Assembly: GCA_963749075.1 (NCBI GenBank)
Contig: CAVVLJ010000017.1
Location: 864,001-928,000, forward strand
Direction: 5' to 3'
DNA: 64,000 nucleotides
Origin: an uncultured Pseudomonadota bacterium
GTDB lineage: Bacteria > Pseudomonadota > Alphaproteobacteria > JACZXZ01
The translations under genes and the position numbers were made by a program. Within the stretch, counting starts at the first letter, position 1; each line of letters opens with the position of its first letter. Positions 27,368-38,490 of this stretch are shown in pieces. Below the pieces are notes generated by a model that saw nothing but the letters and a program-made list of their open reading frames with translations, did not search any database and had not been told where the DNA came from.

Positions 27368-28514
27368 ATGCGCAGCGAAATCGAAGCGATCGCGGGCCAA
27401 ATCGAGCAGTCCCTCGAGCTGCTGAGGAGGCATCTTTGACTTGGACGGCGCCGAGCGGAAGCTCGTAGCACTCAACGCGCGCGCCGAGGACCCCAAGCTG
27501 TGGGACGACCCTGAGGGCGCCCAGCGCCTGATGCGCGAGCGCACGCTCGTCGAGAAGAAGGTCGCCGGCTTCCGCGCCCTCGAGCGCGAGTACAAGGACA
27601 GCCTCGAGCTCATCGAGATGGCGGAAGCGGAGGGCGACGCCGGCGTTGCCGCCGACGCCGAGGCCAGTTTACGCGCCGTGGCTGCTCGCGCCGCCAAGGA
27701 GGAGCTCGCGAGCCTGCTCTCGGGCGAGGCGGATGCGAACGACGCCTTCCTCGAGGTGCACGCCGGCGCCGGCGGCACCGAGTCCCAGGACTGGGCGGAG
27801 ATGCTGCTCCGCATGTACATGCGCTGGGCCGAGCAGCGCGGCTACAAGGTTGAGTTCATCGAGGAGAGCCCGGGCGAGGAGGCCGGCATCAAGTCCGCCA
27901 CGCTCAAGGTCTCGGGCGACCACGCCTACGGCTGGCTCAAGACCGAGTCGGGCGTGCACCGCCTGGTCCGCATCTCGCCCTTCGATTCGAACGCGCGCCG
28001 CCACACGAGCTTCGCCTCGATCTGGGTCTATCCGGTGATCGACGACACCATCGCCATCGACATCCAGGAGAAGGACCTGCGCATCGACACCTACCGCGCC
28101 TCGGGTGCGGGCGGCCAGCACGTCAACCGCACGGACAGCGCCGTGCGCATCACCCACCTGCCGAGCGGCATCGTCGTGCAGTGCCAGAACGACCGCTCGC
28201 AGCACCGCAACCGCGCCACCGCCTTCGCCATGCTCAAGGCGCGGCTCTACGAGGAGGAGCTCAGGAAGCGCGAGGCGGCCCTCCAGAAGGAGCACGAGGC
28301 CAAGAGCGAGATCGCCTGGGGCCACCAGATCCGCTCCTACGTGCTGCATCCCTACCAGATGGTGAAGGACCTGCGCACCGGCGTGGAGACGAGCGACTCG
28401 AAGGGCGTGCTCGACGGCGGCCTCGACCGCTTCCTCGAGGCCTCCTTGGCTGGGCGCATCAAGGGCGGCGAAGGTCCCGCCGCGGAGGCCGGCGCAGCAC
28501 CGCCCGCCACGTAG
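27368..28514 (+). CDS. prfB: Peptide chain release factor 2, programmed +1 frameshift at 27434-27440
   Basis: ATG 27368 MRSEIEAI...; AGGAGG-CAT-CTT-TGA-C slippery site; SPF and GAGGQHVN motifs. Confidence 0.97.
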
Positions 28515-28571
28515 CCACCCTCTTTGAAATGAGATGAAAGAGCAGGATACCCGCCTGCCGCGGGCGGCAAC

Positions 28572-28658
28572 TCACACCAGAATCGACAGCAAGAGCAGCG
28601 AAACGATGCCCACGGCCATCGCCGCCATGGGCAGGATCATGTACCAGTCACGTCGCAT
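28572..28658 (-). CDS. Putative 28-aa single-TM small protein
   Basis: AAGGAGG SD 9 nt before ATG; [28 protein letters not shown]. Confidence 0.55.
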   Translation of the reverse strand: MRRDWYMILPMAAMAVGIVSLLLLSILV

Positions 28659-28850
28659 CGCCCGCCGCCTCCTTGTTGCGCTGCGAACGTGATACGCCGG
28701 AGGGCGCGCCCACCTTGCGCCGGTACCACGCGGTCCTGCTCGCGATGGCGTGACTTGAAAGCGGGCGCCGGGCATGACATCTCAAGGAGGCGGCGGGCGG
28801 GGGCGGGCCTTTTGCCGCCGCGCGCCGCGAGGCTTTCGGGAGAGACCGCC

Positions 28851-29513
28851 ATGTGGGCATTCGCAAGGAAAAAACTCGCGCTGCCGACGCGCGAGGAGGC
28901 GCTGCCGGGACGCGCCACGCCCATCCGCTCGGGCGAGCGCCACTTCGTCAGCGGCCGGCCGCTCAAGCCACCCTTTCCCGCCGGCCTCGAGCAGGCGGTC
29001 TTCGGCCTCGGCTGCTTCTGGGGCGCCGAGCGCTGCTTCTGGCAGGCCAAGGGCGTCTACGTCACCGCCGTCGGCTATGCCGGCGGCGAGACGCCCAACC
29101 CGAGCTACGAGGAGGTGTGCAGCGGCCTGACCGGCCATACCGAGGCCGTGCTCGTCGTCTATGATCCGAAGCTCGCGAGCTACGAGAGCCTCCTCAAGCT
29201 CTTCTGGGAAAGCCACGACCCCACCCAAGGCATGCGCCAGGGCAACGACGCAGGCACCCAGTACCGCTCGGCGATCTATGCTTACGGTGCGGCCCAGAAG
29301 CGCGCCGCCGAGGCCTCGCGCGATGCCTTCCAGAAGGCGCTCAATGCAGCCGGCCACGGCGCCATCACGACCGAGATCCGCGGGGCGCCGCCCTTCTACT
29401 ACGCCGAGGACTATCACCAGCAGTACCTCGCCAAGAACCCGCACGGCTATTGCGGGCTCGGCGGCACCGGCGTGAGCTGCCCGGTCGGCATCGCGGCAAG
29501 TGCTGCGGAGTGA
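28851..29513 (+). CDS. msrA: Peptide methionine sulfoxide reductase A
   Basis: [36 protein letters not shown]. Confidence 0.97.
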   Translation: MWAFARKKLALPTREEALPGRATPIRSGERHFVSGRPLKPPFPAGLEQAVFGLGCFWGAERCFWQAKGVYVTAVGYAGGETPNPSYEEVCSGLTGHTEAVLVVYDPKLASYESLLKLFWESHDPTQGMRQGNDAGTQYRSAIYAYGAAQKRAAEASRDAFQKALNAAGHGAITTEIRGAPPFYYAEDYHQQYLAKNPHGYCGLGGTGVSCPVGIAASAAE

Positions 29514-29542
29514 AGCCGCACTGGTGCCTCGGACCGGGTGCG

Positions 29543-29662
29543 GCGGGTCCTTCGAGACGCTCGCTGCGCTCGCTCCTCAGGATGAGGCTAACTCTTTCTG
29601 CCACACACAAATTTAACTCATCCTGAGGAGTGCCCCGAAGGGGCGCGTCTCGAAGGACCCGC
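29543..29662. repeat. Inverted pair of REP-like units (RIME/MITE-like) between convergent genes
   Basis: GCGGGTCCTTCGAGACGC...CTCCTCAGGATGAG, an AT-rich spacer, then CTCATCCTGAGGAG...GCGTCTCGAAGGACCCGC. Confidence 0.85.
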
Positions 29663-29730
29663 GGTGGCGCTGCAAACCTCCTTGCAATGTATGAACACCG
29701 CAATAGCGGGCGTGGTGCGCTGCTCCGCCC

Positions 29731-30195
29731 TCACAGCCGCTTGAGTGCCGCCAGTACCTCCTCGACGTGGCCGGGGATTTTCACCTTGCGCCACACGCCG
29801 CGCACCTTGCCGGCCTTGTCGATGAGGAAGGTGGCGCGCTCGATGCCCATGTACTTGCGGCCGTACATGCTCTTCTCCACCCAGGTGCCGTAGGCGCTGC
29901 ACACGGCGCCGTCCTCGTCGGAGACGAGGGCGAAGGGGAGCTTGTACTTGGCCTTGAACTTGTCGTGGGAGGCGGCGCTGTCGCGCGAGACGCCGATCAC
30001 CGCGGCATGCGCCTTGCCGAAGTCCGGCAGCGCGTCGCGGAAGCCGCAGGCCTCCTTGGTGCAGCCCGAGGTGTCGTCCTTCGGATAGAAGTAGAGGATG
30101 ACGTTCTTGCCCTTGAGCTTGGCGAGGCTGAGCTTGCCGCCGCCGTCGGTCCCTGCTGTGAAGTCGGGCGCCGCATCGCCTACATCGACGCTCAT
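29731..30195 (-). CDS. bcp: Peroxiredoxin Bcp/PrxQ
   Basis: YFYPKDDTSGCTKEAC, KSMYGRKYMGIERATFLID. Confidence 0.95.
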   Translation of the reverse strand: MSVDVGDAAPDFTAGTDGGGKLSLAKLKGKNVILYFYPKDDTSGCTKEACGFRDALPDFGKAHAAVIGVSRDSAASHDKFKAKYKLPFALVSDEDGAVCSAYGTWVEKSMYGRKYMGIERATFLIDKAGKVRGVWRKVKIPGHVEEVLAALKRL

Positions 30196-33100
30196 GGCAT
30201 GGCCTCCTTGGTTGCTTCGCTGGCTTCGCTGGCTTCGCGGGCGGCCGCGGCGCGCGCGGCCGGCTCGGCGATGAGGGTTGCGAAATGCTTGTGGACGCGC
30301 CGCGCGGTGTCGCGCAGCTGGTGCTTGAGGGCGAGGAAGTCGGCAGCACCGGCAGCGCGCGCGATGACGCGGCGCAGGCCCTCGGGTGCTGCCGCCTCCG
30401 CGAAGCGGCGCTCCTCGGCGAGGCGGACGATGCCCTGCACCCGGCGCCAGAGCCGGGTCGCCGCGATGAGCTCGAGGGCGGTCTCGCGCGGCAGGTAGCC
30501 GCAGGCCGCGAGCCGCTCGAAGGCGTCCGTCGTATTGCTGCCGAGCACCTCGGGCCGCCGCGCCGCGTGGCGCAGCTGGAGATACTGCGCGATGAACTCG
30601 AGGTCGACGAAGCCGCCGCGCACGCGCTTGCCTTCCCAGATGTCCTCGCTGCGGTGCGTGCGCTCGATGCGCGCGCGCATGTCGGCCACGTCGAGGAGGA
30701 GCTGCTCAGCGTCGCGCTCGGCCGTGAGCACGGAGAGGAGGGCGGCCTCGATGCGCGCCGCCAAGGCGGAGGCGCCATAGACCACGCGGGCGCGGGTGAG
30801 CGCCATGTGCTCCCACGTCCAGGCCGATTGCCGCTGATAGTCGGCGAAGCCCTTGAGGCTGGTGGCGAGCGGCCCCTTCTCGCCGGACGGCCGCAAGCGC
30901 ATGTCGACGTCGTAGAGCCGGCCCTCCGCGGTGGGCGAGACGAGCGCCCCCAGCAGGCGTTGCGAGAGCCGCACGTAATAATGACTGGGGGCGAGCGGCC
31001 GCCGCCCGTCGGAGGCCTCCACCTCCTCGGCTGCCTCGTAGATGAAGAGGAGATCGAGATCGGAACGTCATGGTCATCTCGCGGCCGCCGAGCTTGCCGA
31101 GGGCGACGACGGCGAGCGAGCCTGCCGCGATGCGGCCGTGGCTCTCCGCGAGCTCGGCCGTGACCGGCTCGGCGAGGGCGCCGATCACGCTTTCCGCGAT
31201 GTCGGCAAGCATGGGCCCGGCCGCCTCGGGGTCGAGCGTGCCGCGCAGCATCTGCGCGCCGACCTGGAATTTGCGGTCGTTCGCCCAGCGCCGCGCGATG
31301 TCGAGCACGTCCTCGAAGTCGCGCGCCTGGCGAAGCGCCTCGGCGAGGCTCTCGCCGAGCGCCGGCTTAGCCGGCAGGCTTGCGAAGAAATCGCTCGAGA
31401 GCACGGCGTCGAGGAGAATGGGATGCTGGGCGAGCTGCGCAGCGAGGCGTGGAGCGCTCCCCATGATGTCGGCCACGAGGGCGAGCAGGCCCGGGTTCGA
31501 ATGGAAGAGGGCGAAGAGCTGCACGCCCGAAGGCAGGCGGGAGAGGAAGCGGTCGAAGCTCATGAAGGCCGCGTCGGGATTGACGGCGCGGCCGAGCGCC
31601 TGGAGGAGTGCCGGGGTGAGCTCCGTCAGGAGCTCCCGCGCGCGCGTGCTGCGCATGGCGCGGTAGCGGCCGTGGTGCCAGCCGCGGATGGTGGCCGAAA
31701 CCGCCTTGGGCTCCCGGAAGCCGAGCTTGGCGATGGTCAGAAGCGTCTCGGGGTCGTGGTCGGCGCCGGTGAAGACGAGATTCCCGGCGGCCGCACCCAG
31801 TTCCGGCGCCTCCTCGAAGAGGCGCCCGTAATGCCCCTCGACGCGCCTGAGATGGCGGAGGAGCTCGGCGCCGAAGCTCGCGGCATCGGCGAAGCCGAGG
31901 AAGACGGCCAGTGCCGCGAGCCCGTCCGGGCGGCTCGGCAGCGTCTGGGTCTGCTGGTCGTCGATCATCTGCAGGCGATGCTCGACCTTGCGCAGAAAGG
32001 CGTAGCTCTCGCCGAGCTCGGCTGCCACCTCGTTCCGCACGTGGCCGCCTGCCACCAGCGCCGCCAGCGCCTCGCCGGTGCCGCGCACGCGCACGCCCGG
32101 CTCGCGTCCGCCCCAGATGAGCTGCTGGGTTTGCGCGAAGAACTCGATCTCGCGGATGCCGCCGCGGCCGAGCTTGAGGTTGTGCCCGGCGATGGCGATC
32201 TTGTCGCCGCCGCGGTGCGCGTGGATCTGGCGCTTGATCGAATGGATGTCGCGGATGGCCGCGAAGTCGAGGTGACGGCGCCAGAGGAAGGGCTTGAGGC
32301 GGCCGAGGAAGGCCTCGCCCGCGGCGAGATCGCCGGCAATCGCGCGCGCCTTGATGAAGGCGGCGCGCTCCCAGTTCTGCCCGAGGCTCTCGTAGTAGAG
32401 CTCGGCCGCCGCCGTCGAGATGGCGACCGGGGTGGCCGCCGGGTCGGGACGCAGGCGCAGGTCGGTGCGGAAGACGTAGCCCTCGGGCGTGCGCTCCTGC
32501 ATCATGCGCACGAGGCTGCGCGTGAGGCGTATGAAGTTGCGCGGCAGCGCCTCGCGCTCGGCGCTCGCCACCTTGTCGTCGTCGTAGAGCACGACGAGAT
32601 CGATGTCGCTCGAGTAATTGAGCTCGCGGGCGCCGAGCTTGCCGAGCCCGAGCACGAAGAAACCCGATTGGCGCTCCGGCTCGTCCGCGCGGTCGAGCGC
32701 AAGCCAGCCGGCCTGAGCGGCCTGCCAGAGGAGCTGGCGCACCGCGAGCCGCAGGCTCGCCTCCGCGAAGTCGCTGAGCGCCGCGGTGACGCGCGCGAGG
32801 GGCCACAGCCCCGCGATATCGGCAAGGGCGACGGTGAGGGCGATGCGGCGCTTGGCCACCCTCAGTGCCGCCATCACCTCGTCGCCCGTGCGCTCCCGCG
32901 CATCCACCCGGCCGAGCCGATCGAGCACGCGCGCATAGCTCTCGTCGGCGCCGCACTGCAGCAACTCGCTAGTGAAGGCGATGTCGACGAGGACGCATTG
33001 GGTGAGGAAGGGGCTATTGCCGAAAAGTGCCTCGAAAAGGCGGCGCGCCGCCGAGTCGCGCGCCAGCGCCGCCGCCGCCTCGGCCAATGCCGCATCCCCG

Positions 33101-33207
33101 CTCGCCGCGGCGCGCTCGGCCCAATGCTCGAGCCCGACCGCAGTGCCATTCGCATCTGCCGCCTTGGGAAGGTCGGGCAAATCCGCTAAGAAGGTGGAAT
33201 GGATCAT
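30192..33207 (-). CDS. glnE: Glutamine synthetase adenylyltransferase/deadenylylase, split by a +1 indel near 31064
   Basis: GKLGARELNYSSDIDL, DLRLRP, NLKLGRGGIREIEF; second NT domain GKLGGREMTMT/SDLDLLFIY is restored by removing one base; DMRLRPSG, WEHMAL. Confidence 0.92.
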
Positions 33208-33419
33208 GTCCGCTCGGCCCGCCAATCGGCAAACCTGCGCGAAGGCCGCCTAGCGGTCAAGTCTCGTCGGAAGGTGGCCGTGCTCGAGCTCCCGCAACTC
33301 TCCGCCCTCGGCCACGCGAGGCACCGGCCAGCACCTCGGGATGCGGGGCCGGGTGCTTCCGTTTCGCCGCGGCGGAGCGCGCCCTTGCGTTGCGCTCGAC
33401 GCCGCGAGGCGGCGCTTTA

Positions 33420-36400
33420 GTGGTCAGGCGCTCGGCAAAACTCCTCGTCGAGGTGCTCGGCACGCTGGTGGCCGGCGTCGCGATCCTGGTGGCCGCGGCG
33501 GCGTGGCGCCTCTCGGCGGGGCCGATCTCGCTCGATTTCCTTACCCCCTATGTCGAGGAGGCGCTCTCCGCTCCCGACAGCAATATCAGGCTGCGGCTCG
33601 AGCACACGGTCGTGGCGTGGGGCGGCTGGCGGCGCACGCTCGATCTGGAGGCGCTCGGCGTGCACGTCCTCGATGCCGGCGGCCGGGCCCTCCTCACGCT
33701 CCCGGCAATCTCGGTGCGGCTCAGCGCGCGCGCGCTCCTCGAGGGCGTCGTGGCGCCGACCTCCCTCGACATCCGCGGCGCCCGCCTCTATCTGCACCGC
33801 GACCCGAGCGGGAAGTTCAACCTCGAGCTCGGCGACGAGTTCGCCGAGCGCGGTCAGCCCAGCGTGCTGCCGCTCATGATCAACGACATGCTGCAGCAGC
33901 CCGATCCCCAGCGGCCGATCAGCTTTCTGCGCCGGGTGAGCATCGTCAACGCCGATCTCGTGGTCGACGACAGCCACTGGGAGAACGTCCTGGAAGGCGC
34001 AGCTCGAGCGCCTGGTGCTGGAGCGCGACGTAGCCGGCGTCCACGCGGAGGCGGCGCTCGATCTCAACGTGCAAGGCACCACCACGCATTTCGACATGAG
34101 CGGGCTCTATCGCGCGGCATCGCGGACGCTCGGCCTCGAGGTCGCCTTCGCCGGGCTCAATCCCGCCGTCTTCGCCCAGGCCACACCCCAGCTGGCGCCG
34201 CTCGAGCATCTGGCGCTGCCGTTTGCCGGCAAGGTCTCTGCGGAGATCGGCATCGACGGCGCGCTCGATCTGCTGCACTTCGACGTGACCGCCGGCGAGG
34301 GCCGCCTCGTGCTCCCCGATCTCTACCCCGAGGACCTCGCGGTGAAGAGCCTTGCCGCGAAGGGCACGCTCAGCGAGCACGGCACAGCACTCGCCGTCGA
34401 GGAGGCCAACGTCGACCTCGGCGGCGCCACGTTCACCTTCAGCGGCACCGCGCGCGGCCTCGACGGCAACAGCCAGGTGGCGCTCGAGCTCACGGGCATG
34501 AACGTCAAGGTCGACGATCTGCCGAGCCTGTGGCCGGCGAGCATAGCGCCCAACCCGCGGCGCTGGATCACCGACAACCTCTCGAGCGGCACGGTCGATA
34601 CGCTCTACGTCTCGCTCCTCGCCCACGGCAGCGGCCTCGACCCGCAGACGCTGGAGACCGACCGCATCGACGGCACCATGCGGCTCTCCGGCATCAACGT
34701 GCGCTATCTCGGCAAGATGCCCAAGGTGCGCGGCACCGCCGGCACGGTGCGCTTCGACGAGAAGAGCTTCAACATCAGCATCGACAAGGGCTCGGTGCAG
34801 GGCATCGGCATCGATGCGGGGACCATCGCCATCACCGGGCTCGACCTCCACGACCAATACATCGCCATCGACCTCTCGCTTCACGGTGCGCTGCGCTCGA
34901 TGCTCCAGCTCGTCGACGACGAGCCGCTCCGCTACGCTGCGGCGCTCGGTATCGATCCCAAGAAGGTCTCGGGCGACGCCGCCGTCCGCCTTGCCTTCAA
35001 GTTCGAGCTGATCAACCAGCTGCGCTTCCCGCAAATCGACGTGCACGCCGCCGCGGACATGAAGGACGTGGCGCTGGCGTCGATCTTCCTCGGCCACGAC
35101 ATGAGCCACGGCAATCTCGCGCTCAAGGTCGGCAAGGAGGGCATGGAGATCGGCGGCACGGCAGTGCTCGGCGCCGTGCCCGTGACGCTCTCCTGGAGCG
35201 AGACGTTCGGTCAATCGCCCGAGCGCCGGATGCGCCTTGCCGGCGTGCTCGACGACAGCGCCCGCAAGGCGCTCGGCCTGGATACGGGCGAATTCCTGAG
35301 CGGACCCGTTCCGCTCGAGCTCGAGCTCAGGCGGGCGGCGCGGCGCCCAGCCGACATCGATCTCTCGCTCGACCTTGCCAAGGCAACCTTGGCGTTCCCG
35401 CGCGTCGACTGGCGCAAGCCGCCGGGCATCGCGGGCAAGGCCCACGTCAGGCTCGTCCTCGATGACGACAAGATAAGCGCCGTTCCCGACTTCTCGATCG
35501 AGGCCGGCGATTTGTCGGCGCATGGCGAGGCGCGCTTCGCGGCCGACAGCGGCCGCTTCCAGGCGCTGCGCTTCGATCGCCTGGCACTCGGCCGCGACCG
35601 GCTGAGCGGCGCCGTCACGCGCCGGACGGACGGCGTCTACGCCATCGAGCTCAACGGCGAGGCGCTCGATGCGGCAGCTTTGCTCAACGCGAAGGGCGGC
35701 GGCACGAATGAGCGCGGGCCGGCGCTTGCCGTCAAGCTCGCGGTGAAGAAGCTCTGGCTGAGCCACGCGCCGGCACCGCCGCTCGGCGCCGTCGCCGGCA
35801 CCATCGAGCTGGACGGCTCCCGCGTGGCGCGCGCGGCGCTCGACGCCCGGACGGCGGGCGGCGCGCCGTTCCACCTCGGGATCGTTCCCGCCGCCGGCAA
35901 GCGCAACGTCATCTTGAGCTGCGCAGACGCCGGAGAGCTGCTCAAGGCCGTCGACTTCGCCGACAACGTGGTGGGCGGCAAGCTCGCGCTCAGCGGGACC
36001 GCCGACGACACCAAGGCCGAGAGCCCGCTTGCCGGCACGGTGCGCGTCGCCGACTTCAAGGTGCTGCAGGCTCCCACTCTCGCCAAGCTGCTCACGCTGG
36101 CCTCGCTCACCGGCATCGGCGACAGGCTCGCGGGCAAGGGCATCCACTTCAACTCCCTCCTGGCGTCCTTCGCCAAGACGGGCGACCGCATCGAGTTCCG
36201 CGACGGCCGCACCGCCGGCTCCGAGCTCGGCGTCACCTTTGGCGGCTGGCTCGATCTCGGCAGCGACAAGCTCGCCATCGACGGCACGATCGTGCCCGTC
36301 TATTCGCTCAACAGCATCCTGGGGAACATCCCCGGCCTGAATGACATTCTGGTCGGCCCCAAGGGCGGCGGCGTCTTTGCCGCGACCTACCGGGCGTCGG

Positions 36401-36549
36401 GCAATCTCAGCGATCCCGACGTGACGGTGAACGCGCTCTCGGTCCTTGCACCGGGGATCCTGCGCGGGATCATCGATCTGATCTTCCCGGGCGGCTCCAC
36501 GGTTCCCCCGACCGAACCCTACGAGAACCCCTTCCGCGGCAGCCAGTAG
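33420..36549 (+). CDS. YhdP/AsmA-like (DUF3971, AsmA_2) envelope protein, split by a +1 indel near 33990
   Basis: N-terminal TM, GPISLDFLTP; removing one C gives HWENVWKAQLERLVLERD; C-terminal GTIVPVYSLNSILGNIP...VNALSVLAPGILR. Confidence 0.85.
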
Positions 36550-36655
36550 GCGGCGGAGCGGAGGGCGCTGTTCGCTTGTGGGCGTGCCGCCTTGCTTATA
36601 GGGTCGCCGAGAGCACCAGGCGCACGGGCAATCCGATCAGGGAGAAAGCCGGCCC

Positions 36656-37411
36656 ATGGACGAAGCCGCCATCCGCAAGGCAGCCGGTCTTCTCGTCGAG
36701 GCGCGGCGAACGGGAGTGCCGCTCGGCCAGCTTCCCGAGGGTTGCCATCCCGCGAGCGTCGCCGAGGCGCATGCCATCCAGGACGCGGCGGTGGCGCTCT
36801 TGGGCGAGCCCGTCGCCGGATGGAAGGTGGCGCTCGCGGGCGACGGCTCGGTGATGCGCGGGGTCATCCTGCAATCCCGGGTCTGGGAGAGCCCGGCGCG
36901 CGTGCCGGCGGCACTCGTGCCGCTGCTCGGGGTGGAGGCGGAGATCGCCTTCCGCTTCGAGCGCGACCTGCCGCCGCGGCCGGAGGCCTATGCGCGGGAG
37001 GCGGTGGAGGCGGCGGTGACCGCGATCGTGGCGATCGAGATCGTGGCCTCGCGCTTCCAAAGCTACCGCGACACGCCGCTCCTCGACCGCGCGGCGGATT
37101 TCGTCTCGAACGGCGGCTTCGTCCGCGGCACGCTGCAGCCACGCTGGCGCGAGCACGAGCTTTCCTCCCTCGAGGTGACGCTCGCCATCGACGGCGAGAC
37201 CATCGTGAGCCGGCAGGGCGGCCACCCCGCGGTCGATCCGCTCCTCCCCGCGATCGCCCTCGTCAACGAGCTGAGGCGCGGGCCGGGCGTGCGGAGCGGC
37301 CAGCTCGTGACGACCGGCACCTATAGCGGCCTCAACTTCGCGAAACCCGGGCAGAGCGTCGCGGCGAGCTTCGCCGACTTCGGCACGGCGGAAGTCCGCT
37401 TCGACGCGTGA
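36656..37411 (+). CDS. 2-keto-4-pentenoate hydratase-like (FAH superfamily)
   Basis: AHAIQ, GWKVA, VEAEIAF, AIEIVASR, AD..SNG, GQLVTTGT. Confidence 0.85.
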   Translation: MDEAAIRKAAGLLVEARRTGVPLGQLPEGCHPASVAEAHAIQDAAVALLGEPVAGWKVALAGDGSVMRGVILQSRVWESPARVPAALVPLLGVEAEIAFRFERDLPPRPEAYAREAVEAAVTAIVAIEIVASRFQSYRDTPLLDRAADFVSNGGFVRGTLQPRWREHELSSLEVTLAIDGETIVSRQGGHPAVDPLLPAIALVNELRRGPGVRSGQLVTTGTYSGLNFAKPGQSVAASFADFGTAEVRFDA

Positions 37412-37435
37412 GTGCCGCGTCCCGTCCGCCGGCGG

Positions 37436-37570
37436 CTAATCGGCGAAGCCCAAGAGCCCTGGCAGCGCGAGCGTGAACCAGGGGACGAAGGCCACCACCA
37501 GCAGGTCGAGCAGCAGCACCAGCACATAGGGGATCATGATGCGCGAGGCGCGCTCCATCGGCGCGCGCGC
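37436..37570 (-). pseudogene. C-terminal relic of a TRAP transporter large permease (DctM-like)
   Basis: APMERASRIMIPYVLVLLLDLLVVAFVPWFTLALP resembles the last helix of DctM; no upstream body. Confidence 0.55.
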
Positions 37571-37700
37571 CGCCGCACCGCGGCGGCAAGGGCGCCCGCG
37601 AGCATGTACGGCCCTCCTGACGGCCACATTCGGACTGAGGACAGGACATGCTTGACCGCGGCCCGAAGCGTCACCTGGAATTCTCCATTAGTGAATTGTC

Positions 37701-37717
37701 GTTCTGGTATACTGAAC
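37701..37717. promoter_or_regulatory. Putative IclR operator
   Basis: GTTCTGGTATACTGAAC near-palindrome directly before the iclR ATG. Confidence 0.55.
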
Positions 37718-37718
37718 C

Positions 37719-38490
37719 ATGTATTCCAGCCTCGCCCGCGGAATTGCGGCGCTCGAGATCCTGGCGCAGGGAGGCGGGCCGCTCGGCCTCGCTGAAATCG
37801 CTCGGCGGCTTCAGAACGTCCAAATCGGGCATGCATGGGTTGCTGGCCGCTCTTGTCCGCTGCGGCTGCGTCAATCGGACTTCGGGCGGTTTCTATTCTC
37901 TCGGTCTCAAGGCCTGGGAGATCGGGCGAACGGTGCCGACCGCGCGCCTCGTGCAGGCCGCCGCTCCCGTCATGGAACGGCTCGCCGCGCAAGTGAATGA
38001 CGGCGTGATCCTCGGTGTCTTGAACGGCTTCGACGTTGTGTACGTGCATCTGGTCGGAAGCCCGCAGGCGGTCCGCATCCATGCGGAAGTGGGACAACGG
38101 ATACCGGCGCACTGCACGTCGACGGGTCTGGCCCTGCTCGCCTTTCGCGAGCCGGGCTACCTCGAGCGGGTCCTGCCCAAGCGCCTGCCGGCGCCGACGG
38201 AGGAGACCATCAGCGAGCCGGACCAGTTGCGTCGGGAGCTCGAGCGCGTCCGCGCGCGCGGCTATGCGCTCAACCGCGGCGGCTGGCGTTCGGACGTTGG
38301 CGGCATCGCGGTGCCGATCAAGGCAAATCCGGCATTCGGGTCGGCCGGCCTGTGCATTGCCGTGCCGCGCTATCGCATGACGCGGCAATGGATCAAGGCC
38401 GCTGCCGCCGACTTGGCCGATGCAGCTGCCGCGATCGCCGCGGCCTTGGCGCTTCCGCCGGGCCCGCTCGGGCTGGCAGCCGCCTCATGA
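37719..38490 (+). CDS. IclR-family regulator, +1 indel near 37814
   Basis: MYSSLARGIAALEIL..GLAEIARRLQ joins TSKSGMHGLLAAL (HTH) after removing one A; PAHCTSTGLALLA, VRARGYA, GIAVPI. Confidence 0.85.

Noticed and set aside
33027-35465. 812-aa ORF as a separate gene
   Set aside because: Only 33420-33990 is real (N-terminus of the YhdP-like protein); the remainder is out-of-frame read-through past the indel.
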